Source: Escherichia phage Es2
Reading direction: 5' to 3' (one strand)
Length of the DNA stretch: 64,000 nt
Sequence record: OR515477.1
Shown piece after piece: positions 27,058-36,300 of this stretch. The notes under the pieces are model-generated. The model was not told the origin of the DNA and ran no database searches. It saw only the letters and a program-made list of their open reading frames with translations. The position numbers and the translations under genes are program-made. Every line of letters begins with the position of its first letter. Within the stretch, counting starts at the first letter, position 1.

Positions 27058-27495
27058 ATGGCAAGCAATATAAAATATAAACGCGATGCTATATCCCTTA
27101 TGAGAGACGGAATAAAAAGTCAATATAAAAAAGACTCTCAATGTGCTATCTGCGGTTGTGCTGAAGAATTAGAGCTTCATCATTACCATACGGTGTCTCT
27201 ACTAGTTAAAAAATTTGCTAAAGAACTCCAATTGGATTTCACTGACGAAGAAACAGTCCTCTCAAATAGGACGGCATTCTATGATCGATATAGGCATGAG
27301 CTAGTAGAAGACACTGTTACCCTTTGTGTACACCATCACCAATTATTACATAAGGTTTACACAAAAGAACCTCCTTTATTTTCTGCTAATAAGCAAAAAG
27401 TGTGGGTTCAAAAGCAGAAAGACAAATTACAGAATCCTCAAGAAAAGACACAAGTCAAGACTGAAACAAAATCAGGATTCGCAAGGTTCTTATAA
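27058..27495 (+). CDS. HNH endonuclease (packaging-associated type)
   Basis: C-A-I-C-G-C ... H-H ... C-V-H-H-H motif; start set at ATG with RBS GAGGAG; ORF track start is 26971. Confidence 0.45.
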   Translation: MASNIKYKRDAISLMRDGIKSQYKKDSQCAICGCAEELELHHYHTVSLLVKKFAKELQLDFTDEETVLSNRTAFYDRYRHELVEDTVTLCVHHHQLLHKVYTKEPPLFSANKQKVWVQKQKDKLQNPQEKTQVKTETKSGFARFL

Positions 27496-28706
27496 TGGGT
27501 TTTAAAAGCTGGATTACTGAAAAGCTAAATCCGGGTCAACGTATTATAAGAGACATGGAACCAGTTAGTCACCGCACTAACCGTAAGCCTTTTACCACTG
27601 GACAAGCCTATAGCAAGATTGAGATTCTCAATCGAACTGCCAATATGGTTATAGATAGTGCGGCGGAGTGTTCTTATACTGTCGGAGATAAATATAATAT
27701 TGTCACGTATGCCAATGGCATCAAGGCAAAGACTCTAGACACTCTCTTAAATGTACGACCTAATCCATTCATGGATATAAGCACATTCCGTAGACTTGTA
27801 GTCACTGACCTACTTTTTGAAGGTTGTGCGTACATCTATTGGGATGGCACAGCACTTTATCATGTCCCTGCTGCACTAATGCAAGTAGAGGCAGATGCCA
27901 ATAAGTTTATCAAAAAATTTATATTTAATAACCAGATAGACTATCGCGTAGATGAGATTATCTTTATAAAGGATAACAGTTACGTGTGTGGCACAAATTC
28001 TCAAATTTCTGGACAATCTCGTGTTGCCACTGTTATTGATTCTCTTGAGAAGCGTTCTAAGATGCTTAACTTTAAAGAGAAGTTCCTCGATAACGGAACC
28101 GTGATTGGTCTTATTCTTGAGACGGATGAAATCCTGAACAAGAAATTGCGTGAGCGTAAACAAGAAGAATTACAACTAGATTATAATCCTAGTACTGGTC
28201 AGTCCTCTGTCCTGATTCTAGATGGTGGTATGAAAGCTAAACCGTACTCCCAAATATCCTCTTTTAAAGATCTAGACTTTAAGGAAGACATTGAAGGATT
28301 TAATAAATCTATCTGTCTAGCCTTTGGTGTTCCGCAAGTGCTACTTGATGGTGGTAATAACGCGAACATTCGACCAAACATCGAACTGTTCTATTACATG
28401 ACTATCATTCCTATGCTGAACAAACTGACTAGTTCTCTAACTTTCTTTTTTGGTTATAAGATCACTCCTAATACAAAGGAAGTCGCAGCATTAACACCAG
28501 ATAAAGAAGCAGAGGCTAAACATTTAACCTCATTGGTTAATAATGGTATTATAACCGGTAACGAAGCTCGTTCAGAGCTGAACCTGGACCCTTTAGATGA
28601 TGAGCAGATGAATAAGATTCGTATTCCTGCTAACGTCGCTGGTTCCGCAACAGGTGTATCTGGTCAAGAAGGTGGCAGACCCAAAGGTTCCACCGAGGGA
28701 GATTAA
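27495..28706 (+). CDS. portal protein
   Basis: 403 aa, same size as T5 pb7 (from memory); between terminase and protease/capsid. Confidence 0.7.
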   Translation: MGFKSWITEKLNPGQRIIRDMEPVSHRTNRKPFTTGQAYSKIEILNRTANMVIDSAAECSYTVGDKYNIVTYANGIKAKTLDTLLNVRPNPFMDISTFRRLVVTDLLFEGCAYIYWDGTALYHVPAALMQVEADANKFIKKFIFNNQIDYRVDEIIFIKDNSYVCGTNSQISGQSRVATVIDSLEKRSKMLNFKEKFLDNGTVIGLILETDEILNKKLRERKQEELQLDYNPSTGQSSVLILDGGMKAKPYSQISSFKDLDFKEDIEGFNKSICLAFGVPQVLLDGGNNANIRPNIELFYYMTIIPMLNKLTSSLTFFFGYKITPNTKEVAALTPDKEAEAKHLTSLVNNGIITGNEARSELNLDPLDDEQMNKIRIPANVAGSATGVSGQEGGRPKGSTEGD

Positions 28707-28708
28707 GA

Positions 28709-29191
28709 ATGATTGATTATAGTGGTCTAAAGACCATTTTTGGTGAAAAACTGCCAGAATCTCATATCTTCTTTGCTACGGTTGCTGCACATAAATATGT
28801 TCCTAGCTATGCTTTTCTTCGAAGAGAACTAGGGCTTTCATCTGCGCATACTAACCGTAAAGTATGGAAGAAATTTGTAGAGGCTTATGGTAAAGCAGTT
28901 CCTCCGGCCCCACCATTAACTCTTTCTAAAGATTTAACTGCTAGCATGTCAGTTGAAGAAGGAGCAGCATTAACACTTTCTGTTACTGCAACTGGTGGTA
29001 CTGGTCCATATACTTATGCATGGACTAAAGATGGTTCTCCTATTCCTGGTGCTTCAGGGGCTACCTATACTAAGCCTACAGCAGCAGCTGAGGATGCTGG
29101 CTCTTATAAAGTAACTGTAACAGATAGTAAGCGAGTAAGTAAGGATTCTACTGCGTGCACTGTGACAGTTAACCCTGGGGTTGGAGGCTAA
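28709..29191 (+). CDS. capsid decoration protein with Ig-like domain, pb10-like
   Basis: 160 aa; C-terminal TATGGTGPYTYAWTKDGSPIPGA Ig-like segment. Confidence 0.45.
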   Translation: MIDYSGLKTIFGEKLPESHIFFATVAAHKYVPSYAFLRRELGLSSAHTNRKVWKKFVEAYGKAVPPAPPLTLSKDLTASMSVEEGAALTLSVTATGGTGPYTYAWTKDGSPIPGASGATYTKPTAAAEDAGSYKVTVTDSKRVSKDSTACTVTVNPGVGG

Positions 29192-29194
29192 TAA

Positions 29195-29827
29195 ATGACA
29201 CAAGCTGCGATTGACTATAATAAGTTAAAATCAGCACCGGTTCATTTAGATGCTTATATTAAATCTATTGATAGCGAATCCAAAGAGGGTGTTGTAAAAA
29301 TCCGTGGATTCGCTAATACAATTAGTAAAGATCGCGCTGGTGATGTAATTCCTGCTTCTGCATGGAAAACGTCTAATGCACTTACTAACTACATGAAAAA
29401 CCCGATTATTCTTTTCGGACACGATCATCGTCGTCCAATCGGTAAGTGTATTGATCTTAACCCTACTGAAATGGGCCTCGAAATCGAATGCGAGATCTAT
29501 GAAAGTTCTGACCCGGCTATCTTTTCACTAATTAAAAACGGTGTACTGAAAACTTTTAGTATCGGATTCCGCTGCCTAGATGCAGAGTGGGATGAAGCTA
29601 CTGATATATTTATTATTAAAGATTTAGAACTATACGAAGTTTCGGTAGTTTCTGTACCTTGTAATCAGGACTCAACATTCAATCTCGCTAAGAGTATGAA
29701 TGGTCATGATTATACTGAATGGCGTAAATCTTTTACTGCAATAAGTTCTAAAGCTGCCCCAGCTCAAGAACGTAATCTTTCTGAACTAGAAAAACTTGCG
29801 ATAGCTTTAGGCTACGTTAAAGAATAA
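29195..29827 (+). CDS. prohead protease
   Basis: 210 aa immediately upstream of the major capsid gene; size matches T5 pb11 (from memory). Confidence 0.6.
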   Translation: MTQAAIDYNKLKSAPVHLDAYIKSIDSESKEGVVKIRGFANTISKDRAGDVIPASAWKTSNALTNYMKNPIILFGHDHRRPIGKCIDLNPTEMGLEIECEIYESSDPAIFSLIKNGVLKTFSIGFRCLDAEWDEATDIFIIKDLELYEVSVVSVPCNQDSTFNLAKSMNGHDYTEWRKSFTAISSKAAPAQERNLSELEKLAIALGYVKE

Positions 29828-29844
29828 CGGAGAATTATTTAAAA

Positions 29845-31221
29845 ATGACTATTGATATTAATAAGCTGAAAGAAGAACTTGGTCTGGGTGATCTGGCTAA
29901 ATCTCTGGAAGGTCTGACCGCTGCTCAGAAAGCTGCTGAAGCTGAACGTATGCGTAAAGAGCAGGAAGAAAAAGAACTGGCTCGTATGAATGACCTGGTT
30001 TCTAAAGCAGTTGGCGAAGATCGTCAGAAACTGGAACAAGCTCTGGAACTGGTTAAGTCTCTGGATGAGAAATCTAAGAAGAGCGCAGAACTGTTCGCAC
30101 AGACCGTAGAAAAACAACAGGAAACTATTGTTGGTCTTCAGGATGAAATTAAATCTCTGCTGACAGCTCGTGAAGGTCGTTCCTTCGTCGGTGATAGCGT
30201 AGCTAAAGCACTGTATGGTACTCAGGAAAACTTTGAAGACGAAGTAGAAAAACTGGTTCTGTTATCTTATGTAATGGAAAAAGGCGTATTCGAGACCGAG
30301 CATGGTCAGAGACACCTGAAAGCAGTGAATCAGTCTTCTTCCGTAGAAGTTTCTAGTGAAAGCTATGAAACTATTTTCTCTCAGCGTATTATCCGCGACC
30401 TGCAGAAAGAGCTGGTAGTTGGTGCACTGTTCGAAGAACTGCCGATGTCTAGTAAGATTCTTACTATGCTGGTTGAACCGGATGCTGGTAAAGCTACTTG
30501 GGTTGCTGCTTCTACCTATGGTACTGATGCAACTACTGGTGATGAAGTTAAAGGCGCTCTTAAAGAAATTCACTTCAGTACTTACAAACTGGCTGCTAAG
30601 TCCTTCATTACTGATGAAACTGAAGAAGATGCAATCTTCTCCCTGCTGCCACTGCTACGTAAGCGTCTGATTGAAGCACACGCTGTTTCTATCGAGGAAG
30701 CGTTTATGACCGGTGATGGTACTGGTAAGCCTAAAGGTCTGTTGACTCTTGCTAGCGAAGATGGTGCTAAAGTTACTACTGAAGCTAAAGCTGATGGTAC
30801 TGTTCTGGTAACTGCTAAAACCATTTCTAAACTACGTCGTAAACTGGGCCGTCATGGTCTGAAACTGAGCAAACTGGTACTTATCGTATCTATGGATGCT
30901 TACTATGATCTTCTGGAAGATGAAGAATGGCAGGATGTTGCACAGGTTGGTAACGATGCTGTTAAACTGCAAGGTCAGGTTGGTCGTATCTATGGTCTGC
31001 CGGTTGTAGTTTCTGAGTACTTCCCAGCTAAAGCAGCTGAGAAAGAGTTCGCAGTTATTGTTTATAAAGATAACTTCGTAATGCCACGCCAGCGTGCTGT
31101 TACTGTTGAACGTGAGCGTCAAGCTGGTAAACAGCGTGATGCATACTACGTTACTCAGCGTGTTAACCTGCAACGTTACTTTAGTAATGGTGTTGTATCC
31201 GGTGCTTACGCTACCGCTTAA
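29845..31221 (+). CDS. major capsid protein
   Basis: 458 aa, same size as T5 pb8 (from memory); N-terminal coiled-coil delta/scaffold-like domain; highest codon optimisation in window. Confidence 0.75.
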   Translation: MTIDINKLKEELGLGDLAKSLEGLTAAQKAAEAERMRKEQEEKELARMNDLVSKAVGEDRQKLEQALELVKSLDEKSKKSAELFAQTVEKQQETIVGLQDEIKSLLTAREGRSFVGDSVAKALYGTQENFEDEVEKLVLLSYVMEKGVFETEHGQRHLKAVNQSSSVEVSSESYETIFSQRIIRDLQKELVVGALFEELPMSSKILTMLVEPDAGKATWVAASTYGTDATTGDEVKGALKEIHFSTYKLAAKSFITDETEEDAIFSLLPLLRKRLIEAHAVSIEEAFMTGDGTGKPKGLLTLASEDGAKVTTEAKADGTVLVTAKTISKLRRKLGRHGLKLSKLVLIVSMDAYYDLLEDEEWQDVAQVGNDAVKLQGQVGRIYGLPVVVSEYFPAKAAEKEFAVIVYKDNFVMPRQRAVTVERERQAGKQRDAYYVTQRVNLQRYFSNGVVSGAYATA

Positions 31222-31242
31222 TACAGGCTTTTCAGCCGATAA

Positions 31243-31266
31243 GGAGAGCTTCGGCTCTCCTTTTTT
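31243..31266 (+). terminator. rho-independent terminator
   Basis: GGAGAGC-ttcg-GCTCTCC followed by TTTTTT. Confidence 0.65.
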
Positions 31267-31280
31267 ATTGGGAAAAATAA

Positions 31281-31793
31281 ATGCAAATAATCACAGCTGA
31301 AGACTATAGATTATACGGTGGGTTAAAACGACCGGAACTAGAATCTGGTGTAGAAATGATGATTACTGCTGCCAATGCGCTGATTACTAGCCTTCTAGGC
31401 ATGGATGATGCTGATGCGGTAGACCAGTTAATCAATACAAAACCTACTCGTAAAAAATACTTTTTAAGTTCTCCCTCAGCTACTTCAGTAACCAAAATGA
31501 CTATTAATGATAAGGAGATAGATCCCGAGCAATACAAGTTATACTCAGATGGGGTTATACTTCTTAAATTTAATCCTCCAGAAGGTTATATGGATGTAGA
31601 ATACACACAAGGTGGATTTAATCCAATACCTGAGGATCTCAAACTTGCAGCATGCATGCTAGTAGATCATTGGCACAAACAGGATTATCGCCAAGCTAAA
31701 ACAATTGGTGGAGAAACAGTTACTTTTAATAATACTAAGTCTGGTATACCAGAGCATATTCGTACTATTATTGAAGTCTACAGGAGAGTATAA
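31281..31793 (+). CDS. head completion / connector protein
   Basis: 170 aa; position after capsid gene. Confidence 0.4.
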   Translation: MQIITAEDYRLYGGLKRPELESGVEMMITAANALITSLLGMDDADAVDQLINTKPTRKKYFLSSPSATSVTKMTINDKEIDPEQYKLYSDGVILLKFNPPEGYMDVEYTQGGFNPIPEDLKLAACMLVDHWHKQDYRQAKTIGGETVTFNNTKSGIPEHIRTIIEVYRRV

Positions 31794-32560
31794 TGTCTCT
31801 TTCTGATTTAGCTACACAAATTATTAAGGAGCAACTAGATACTGCGGGACGTTCCGAGAATAATAAGAATACCGTTGTATATTCTGTTGAAACAGGACTG
31901 AAAGATCCTACTAGAGATGGTACTGTTGCTCAGGTATCTTTTAAATTCTCAAAACCTGTATCCCAAGACCTCCTTAATGTTAGGACCGCTTCTATTCTAA
32001 AAGCAGTTTCTTCTAGCTTAGATCTAACAGGAGACTTAGGTGCTTTAGAAAGTCTTATTCAAGCAACCGCTGGTAAAAAATCCTCTGTAGGTAAAAAACG
32101 TTCTACTGGTAGAGTTCAAGTAAACTTTGGGGATCCTAGAGACGTAGAAGATGGATATTCTGGTGCAGTAACAGGTGCTTCAGGACGTTTTGTATCTAAT
32201 AGCAATATGAAGGTTATTCTGGAGTTGGTTGCTAAAGAATACCTTATAAAGGATATGAAAAAAGCAGGAGCTCCACTTAAATTTAGAACAGGTCGTTTTG
32301 CAAATTCTCTAAAAGTTAAAGATGTTATGCTTAGAGATGCTGGAACTAGCAAAGGTGCTCCTGAATTAAATGTTACATATAATTATATGGTACGTCCATA
32401 TTCAGTATTTAATCCTGCAGTATCTACATATCGAAGGTTGTCATTACGACCCTACCCAGGTGCTAGAAACCCTCAAAGACTAATTGGAGAGGCGATAGCT
32501 AAAGCTGCAAGAGACTTAATTCACTCCAGATACAAAATTAAGGTTAATCAAGGAACCTAA
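31793..32560 (+). CDS. head-tail joining / tail completion protein
   Basis: 255 aa; position. Confidence 0.4.
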   Translation: MSLSDLATQIIKEQLDTAGRSENNKNTVVYSVETGLKDPTRDGTVAQVSFKFSKPVSQDLLNVRTASILKAVSSSLDLTGDLGALESLIQATAGKKSSVGKKRSTGRVQVNFGDPRDVEDGYSGAVTGASGRFVSNSNMKVILELVAKEYLIKDMKKAGAPLKFRTGRFANSLKVKDVMLRDAGTSKGAPELNVTYNYMVRPYSVFNPAVSTYRRLSLRPYPGARNPQRLIGEAIAKAARDLIHSRYKIKVNQGT

Positions 32561-32563
32561 TAA

Positions 32564-33049
32564 ATGGATCACAGAACAAGTATAGCACAAGCTCTGGTTG
32601 ACCGAATAGCCAAACAAATGGATGGCTCCCAACCAGATGAATATTTTAATAACTTGTATGGAAACGTCTCACGTCAAACTTATAAGTTTGAGGAGATAAG
32701 AGAGTTTCCTTATGTTGCAGTTCATATCGGAACTGAAACTGGGCAGTATCTTCCCTCAGGTCAACAGTGGATGTTTTTAGAACTTCCTATCCTGGTGTAT
32801 GATAAAGAGAAAACAGACATTCAAGAGCAACTTGAAAAACTCGTAGCGGATATAAAAACCGTTATTGACACAGGTGGAAATTTAGAATATACTGTTAGTA
32901 AACCTAATGGATCGACCTTCCCATGTGAGGCGACTGATATGAGCATTACATCAGTTAGTACAGATGAGGGTCTACTGGCCCCATATGGTTTAGCAGAAAT
33001 AAATGTAACAGTGAGGTATCAGCCTCCACGTAGGTCACTTCGCAGATAA
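32564..33049 (+). CDS. tail terminator protein
   Basis: 161 aa immediately upstream of the tail tube gene. Confidence 0.4.
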   Translation: MDHRTSIAQALVDRIAKQMDGSQPDEYFNNLYGNVSRQTYKFEEIREFPYVAVHIGTETGQYLPSGQQWMFLELPILVYDKEKTDIQEQLEKLVADIKTVIDTGGNLEYTVSKPNGSTFPCEATDMSITSVSTDEGLLAPYGLAEINVTVRYQPPRRSLRR

Positions 33050-33075
33050 GTTACAGATTAGGAGAAAATAATTAA

Positions 33076-34482
33076 ATGTCTTTACAACTATTACGTAATA
33101 CTCGAATCTTCGTGTCTACGGTTAAGACTGGTCACGATAAGACCAACACGCAAGAGATTCTAGTTCAGGATGATATTTCTTGGGGTCAGGACAGTAACTC
33201 AACAGATATTACTGTTAACGAAGCTGGTCCGCGTCCTACTCGTGGTTCTAAACGTTTTAACGATTCTTTAAATGCGGCTGAGTGGAGTTTTTCTACTTAT
33301 ATCCTGCCATACAAGGATAAAACTACTAGCAAACAAATTGTCCCTGACTATATGTTATGGCATGCACTTTCTAGTGGTAAAGCTATTAACCTTGATGGAG
33401 ATACCGGAGCACATAATAATGCTACTAACTTCATGGTTAACTTCAAAGATAACGCATATCACGAACTGGCTATGCTGCATATTTACATTCTAACTGACAA
33501 TGCGTGGAGTTACATTGACTCTTGCCAGATCAACCAGGCAGAAGTTAACGTTGATATTGAAGATATTGGTCGTGTAACTTGGTCTGGTAATGGTAATCAG
33601 CTCATCCCGTTAGACAGCCAACCATTTGACCCTGATGCATTAGGTATTGATGATGAAACCTATATGGCTATTCAGAGTTCTTACATTAAGAACAAGTTAA
33701 CTATCCTAAAAATTAAGGATATGGATTCTGATAAGGCATATGATATTCCTATTACTGGTGGTACTTTTACCATTAATAACAACATCACGTACCTAACCCC
33801 GAATATTATGTCACGTGTAAATATTCCAATCGGCTCATTTACTGGTGCGTTTGAACTAACGGGTTCTTTGACAGCATACCTTAATGATAAGTCTCTAGGA
33901 TCTATGGAATTATATAAAGATCTAATTAAAACCCTTAAGGTAGTTAACCGTTTTGAAATCGCACTTATTTTGGGTGGTGAATATGACGAGGAACGTCCGG
34001 CAGCTGTGTTAGTTGCTAAACAGGCGCACGTTAACATTCCTACTATTGAGACTGATGATGTACTTGGTACTTCAGTAGAGTTTAAGGCTATTCCTACAGA
34101 TTTGGATACTGGTGACGAGGGTTATCTCGGATTTTCTAACAAGTATACAAAAACTACTGTGGCTAATCTGATTGCTACGGGGGATGGTGCTAAAACTCCA
34201 CCAAAACTAGTTGAATCAATCACAGTTAAATCTGCTGGTGAGGCTACTTCTGTAACAAATAGTAATACTTTACAGATGTCTGTTGAGGTAACACCTCCAG
34301 AAGCTACTAATAAGGCTGTAACTTGGTCTATTTCTAGCGGTAACGCAGCTACGATTGATGCAGAATCAGGGTTATTAACAGCTGATGCTTCTAGAACTGG
34401 TGCAGTTACTGTGAAGGCTGTAGCTAAAGACGGTTCTGGTGTAGAAGGTACTAAAACTATCACAGTTAGTGCTGGTGGTTAA
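33076..34482 (+). CDS. major tail tube protein with C-terminal Ig-like domain, pb6-like
   Basis: 468 aa; C-terminal Ig-like (BIG2-type) segment ITVKSAGEAT...VTWSISSGNAATID. Confidence 0.65.
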   Translation: MSLQLLRNTRIFVSTVKTGHDKTNTQEILVQDDISWGQDSNSTDITVNEAGPRPTRGSKRFNDSLNAAEWSFSTYILPYKDKTTSKQIVPDYMLWHALSSGKAINLDGDTGAHNNATNFMVNFKDNAYHELAMLHIYILTDNAWSYIDSCQINQAEVNVDIEDIGRVTWSGNGNQLIPLDSQPFDPDALGIDDETYMAIQSSYIKNKLTILKIKDMDSDKAYDIPITGGTFTINNNITYLTPNIMSRVNIPIGSFTGAFELTGSLTAYLNDKSLGSMELYKDLIKTLKVVNRFEIALILGGEYDEERPAAVLVAKQAHVNIPTIETDDVLGTSVEFKAIPTDLDTGDEGYLGFSNKYTKTTVANLIATGDGAKTPPKLVESITVKSAGEATSVTNSNTLQMSVEVTPPEATNKAVTWSISSGNAATIDAESGLLTADASRTGAVTVKAVAKDGSGVEGTKTITVSAGG

Positions 34483-34486
34483 ATAA

Positions 34487-35386
34487 ATGTACTACTCTCT
34501 AATGCGAGAGTCAAAAGTTATAGTTGAGTATGATGGTAGGGCATTTCATTTTGATGCCCTATCAAACTATGATGTACAAACCTCCTACGAGGAATTCAAG
34601 ACTCTTCGTAGGACTGTTCATCGTAGAACTAACTATGCAGACTCTATTATAAATGCTCAAACCCCTTCTTCTATCTCTCTAGCAGTAAATTTTAGTAATA
34701 CTCTTACTGAAGCTAACTTCTTTGAATGGTTAGGTTTTGATAGAAAAGGTAATACTTTCTTACTCCCATTATATAGTAATAATATTGAACCTATTATGTT
34801 TAATATCTATATAGTAAATAAAGATAATAACTGTGTATATTTTGAAAACTGCTATGTATCTACAGTAGATTTTTCTTTAGATAAAAATATACCAATTCTT
34901 AATGTTGGTATTGAATCGGGAAAATTTTCCGAAGTATCTACGTATAGGGAAGCAGCTTCTATTATACAGGGTGAAGTAATGTCTTACAGCCCAGTAATAG
35001 CTTCTACTAATGGCAGCATCTTACCAGGTCTTATTTCTGCCTCTTTATCTTTCCAACAGCAGTGCTCCTGGAGAGAGGATAAGAGTGTTTTTGATATAAA
35101 TAAAATTTATAATAATAAAAGAGCTTATGTAACTGAAATGAATGCTTCGGCAACCATTTCTCTGTACTACTTAAAACGTTTTGCAGGAGACATGGTTTAC
35201 AATATCGAACCGGAGATAGATGTACCATTAAATATAAGAAATAATAATATTTCTATAGATTTTCCTTCAGCACGTATTACAAAACGCCTAGATTTCTCAG
35301 ATGTGTATAGAGTTGAGTGGGATATTATACCTACTGCTTCTTCAGACCCAGTGAGAATAGATTTCTTTGGAGAAATTAAAAAATGA
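34487..35386 (+). CDS. tail protein, p140-like
   Basis: 299 aa; position after tail tube gene. Confidence 0.4.
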   Translation: MYYSLMRESKVIVEYDGRAFHFDALSNYDVQTSYEEFKTLRRTVHRRTNYADSIINAQTPSSISLAVNFSNTLTEANFFEWLGFDRKGNTFLLPLYSNNIEPIMFNIYIVNKDNNCVYFENCYVSTVDFSLDKNIPILNVGIESGKFSEVSTYREAASIIQGEVMSYSPVIASTNGSILPGLISASLSFQQQCSWREDKSVFDINKIYNNKRAYVTEMNASATISLYYLKRFAGDMVYNIEPEIDVPLNIRNNNISIDFPSARITKRLDFSDVYRVEWDIIPTASSDPVRIDFFGEIKK

Positions 35387-35787
35387 TTAATTTAAAAGAT
35401 ATTACTCTCGATACTCGTACTATTACTCTTTCCTACCCGGGTATGCCGAACTTTAAACTAGAACTTAACTATATGTCTCGTGCTACCTCTAAACGTGTTA
35501 TTTCTTCTGCTAAACGCGATGAATGGGTTAATGGTACTTTGATTCAGGTACAGGATGATGATAAGTTCATTGAAGCCTTTGTTGACGCAGCTATTAAAGG
35601 TTGGACCGGTTTGACTGTAGGTGATGTTGAAAAACTGATGCTGATTGAAACAGATGCTGATCCTGCTACTGAAGTTCCTTTTAGCCGCGATAATGCTGTA
35701 ATGCTCATGCAGAACTCTGCTGCGTTTGATTCTTGGATCAACCAGACAGTGTTCCACTTAGATACTTTTCGTAGCCCAAAAGCGTAA
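35383..35787 (+). CDS. putative tail assembly chaperone
   Basis: 134 aa acidic protein upstream of the tape measure gene. Confidence 0.3.
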   Translation: MINLKDITLDTRTITLSYPGMPNFKLELNYMSRATSKRVISSAKRDEWVNGTLIQVQDDDKFIEAFVDAAIKGWTGLTVGDVEKLMLIETDADPATEVPFSRDNAVMLMQNSAAFDSWINQTVFHLDTFRSPKA

Positions 35788-35848
35788 AGAACTTCTAGAT
35801 GCTGTTGCTGATTTCGCAGATAAATGTATTAAAAGCTCAGCATCTAAA

Positions 35849-36217
35849 ATGACCAAACAACAATATTTAATACTTTGTGAGTCAATGGGTATAGAACCTG
35901 ATCCTAAGGCTATGCCTGTTGAACTCGAAGATTTTCCACCTATTGTGGCTATTAGTATGAATATTTATAATAGTCTGATTGACTGCTTCATACCAAGTGA
36001 CTTTCCTATCTTTATAGGTAAAGATAAGGCTGCTCTAGGTGTTTTATTTGATATTTATGGGATTACTGATCCTATAGAGAAAGAATTTGTTCTACACATT
36101 ATCAATATATTTGATGCTAAAGCTGTAGATGCTGCACGTAAACGTGCTGAGAAGCATAAACCGCAAAACGGAAGGATTCCTAACGTTAAGCCACATGCTA
36201 GATCTCGTGCACGGTAA
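35849..36217 (+). CDS. putative tail assembly chaperone
   Basis: 122 aa directly upstream of the tape measure gene. Confidence 0.3.
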   Translation: MTKQQYLILCESMGIEPDPKAMPVELEDFPPIVAISMNIYNSLIDCFIPSDFPIFIGKDKAALGVLFDIYGITDPIEKEFVLHIINIFDAKAVDAARKRAEKHKPQNGRIPNVKPHARSRAR

Positions 36218-36252
36218 AAGTTTCCTCCAATGGGCGTTCCACGATGAGGCTT

Positions 36253-36283
36253 GGCTCTGGGTGATTTGCCCAGAGCCTTTTTT
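36253..36283 (+). terminator. rho-independent terminator
   Basis: GGCTCTGGG-tgattt-CCCAGAGCC followed by TTTTTT. Confidence 0.6.
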
Positions 36284-36300
36284 ATTGGGAAAAATAAAAT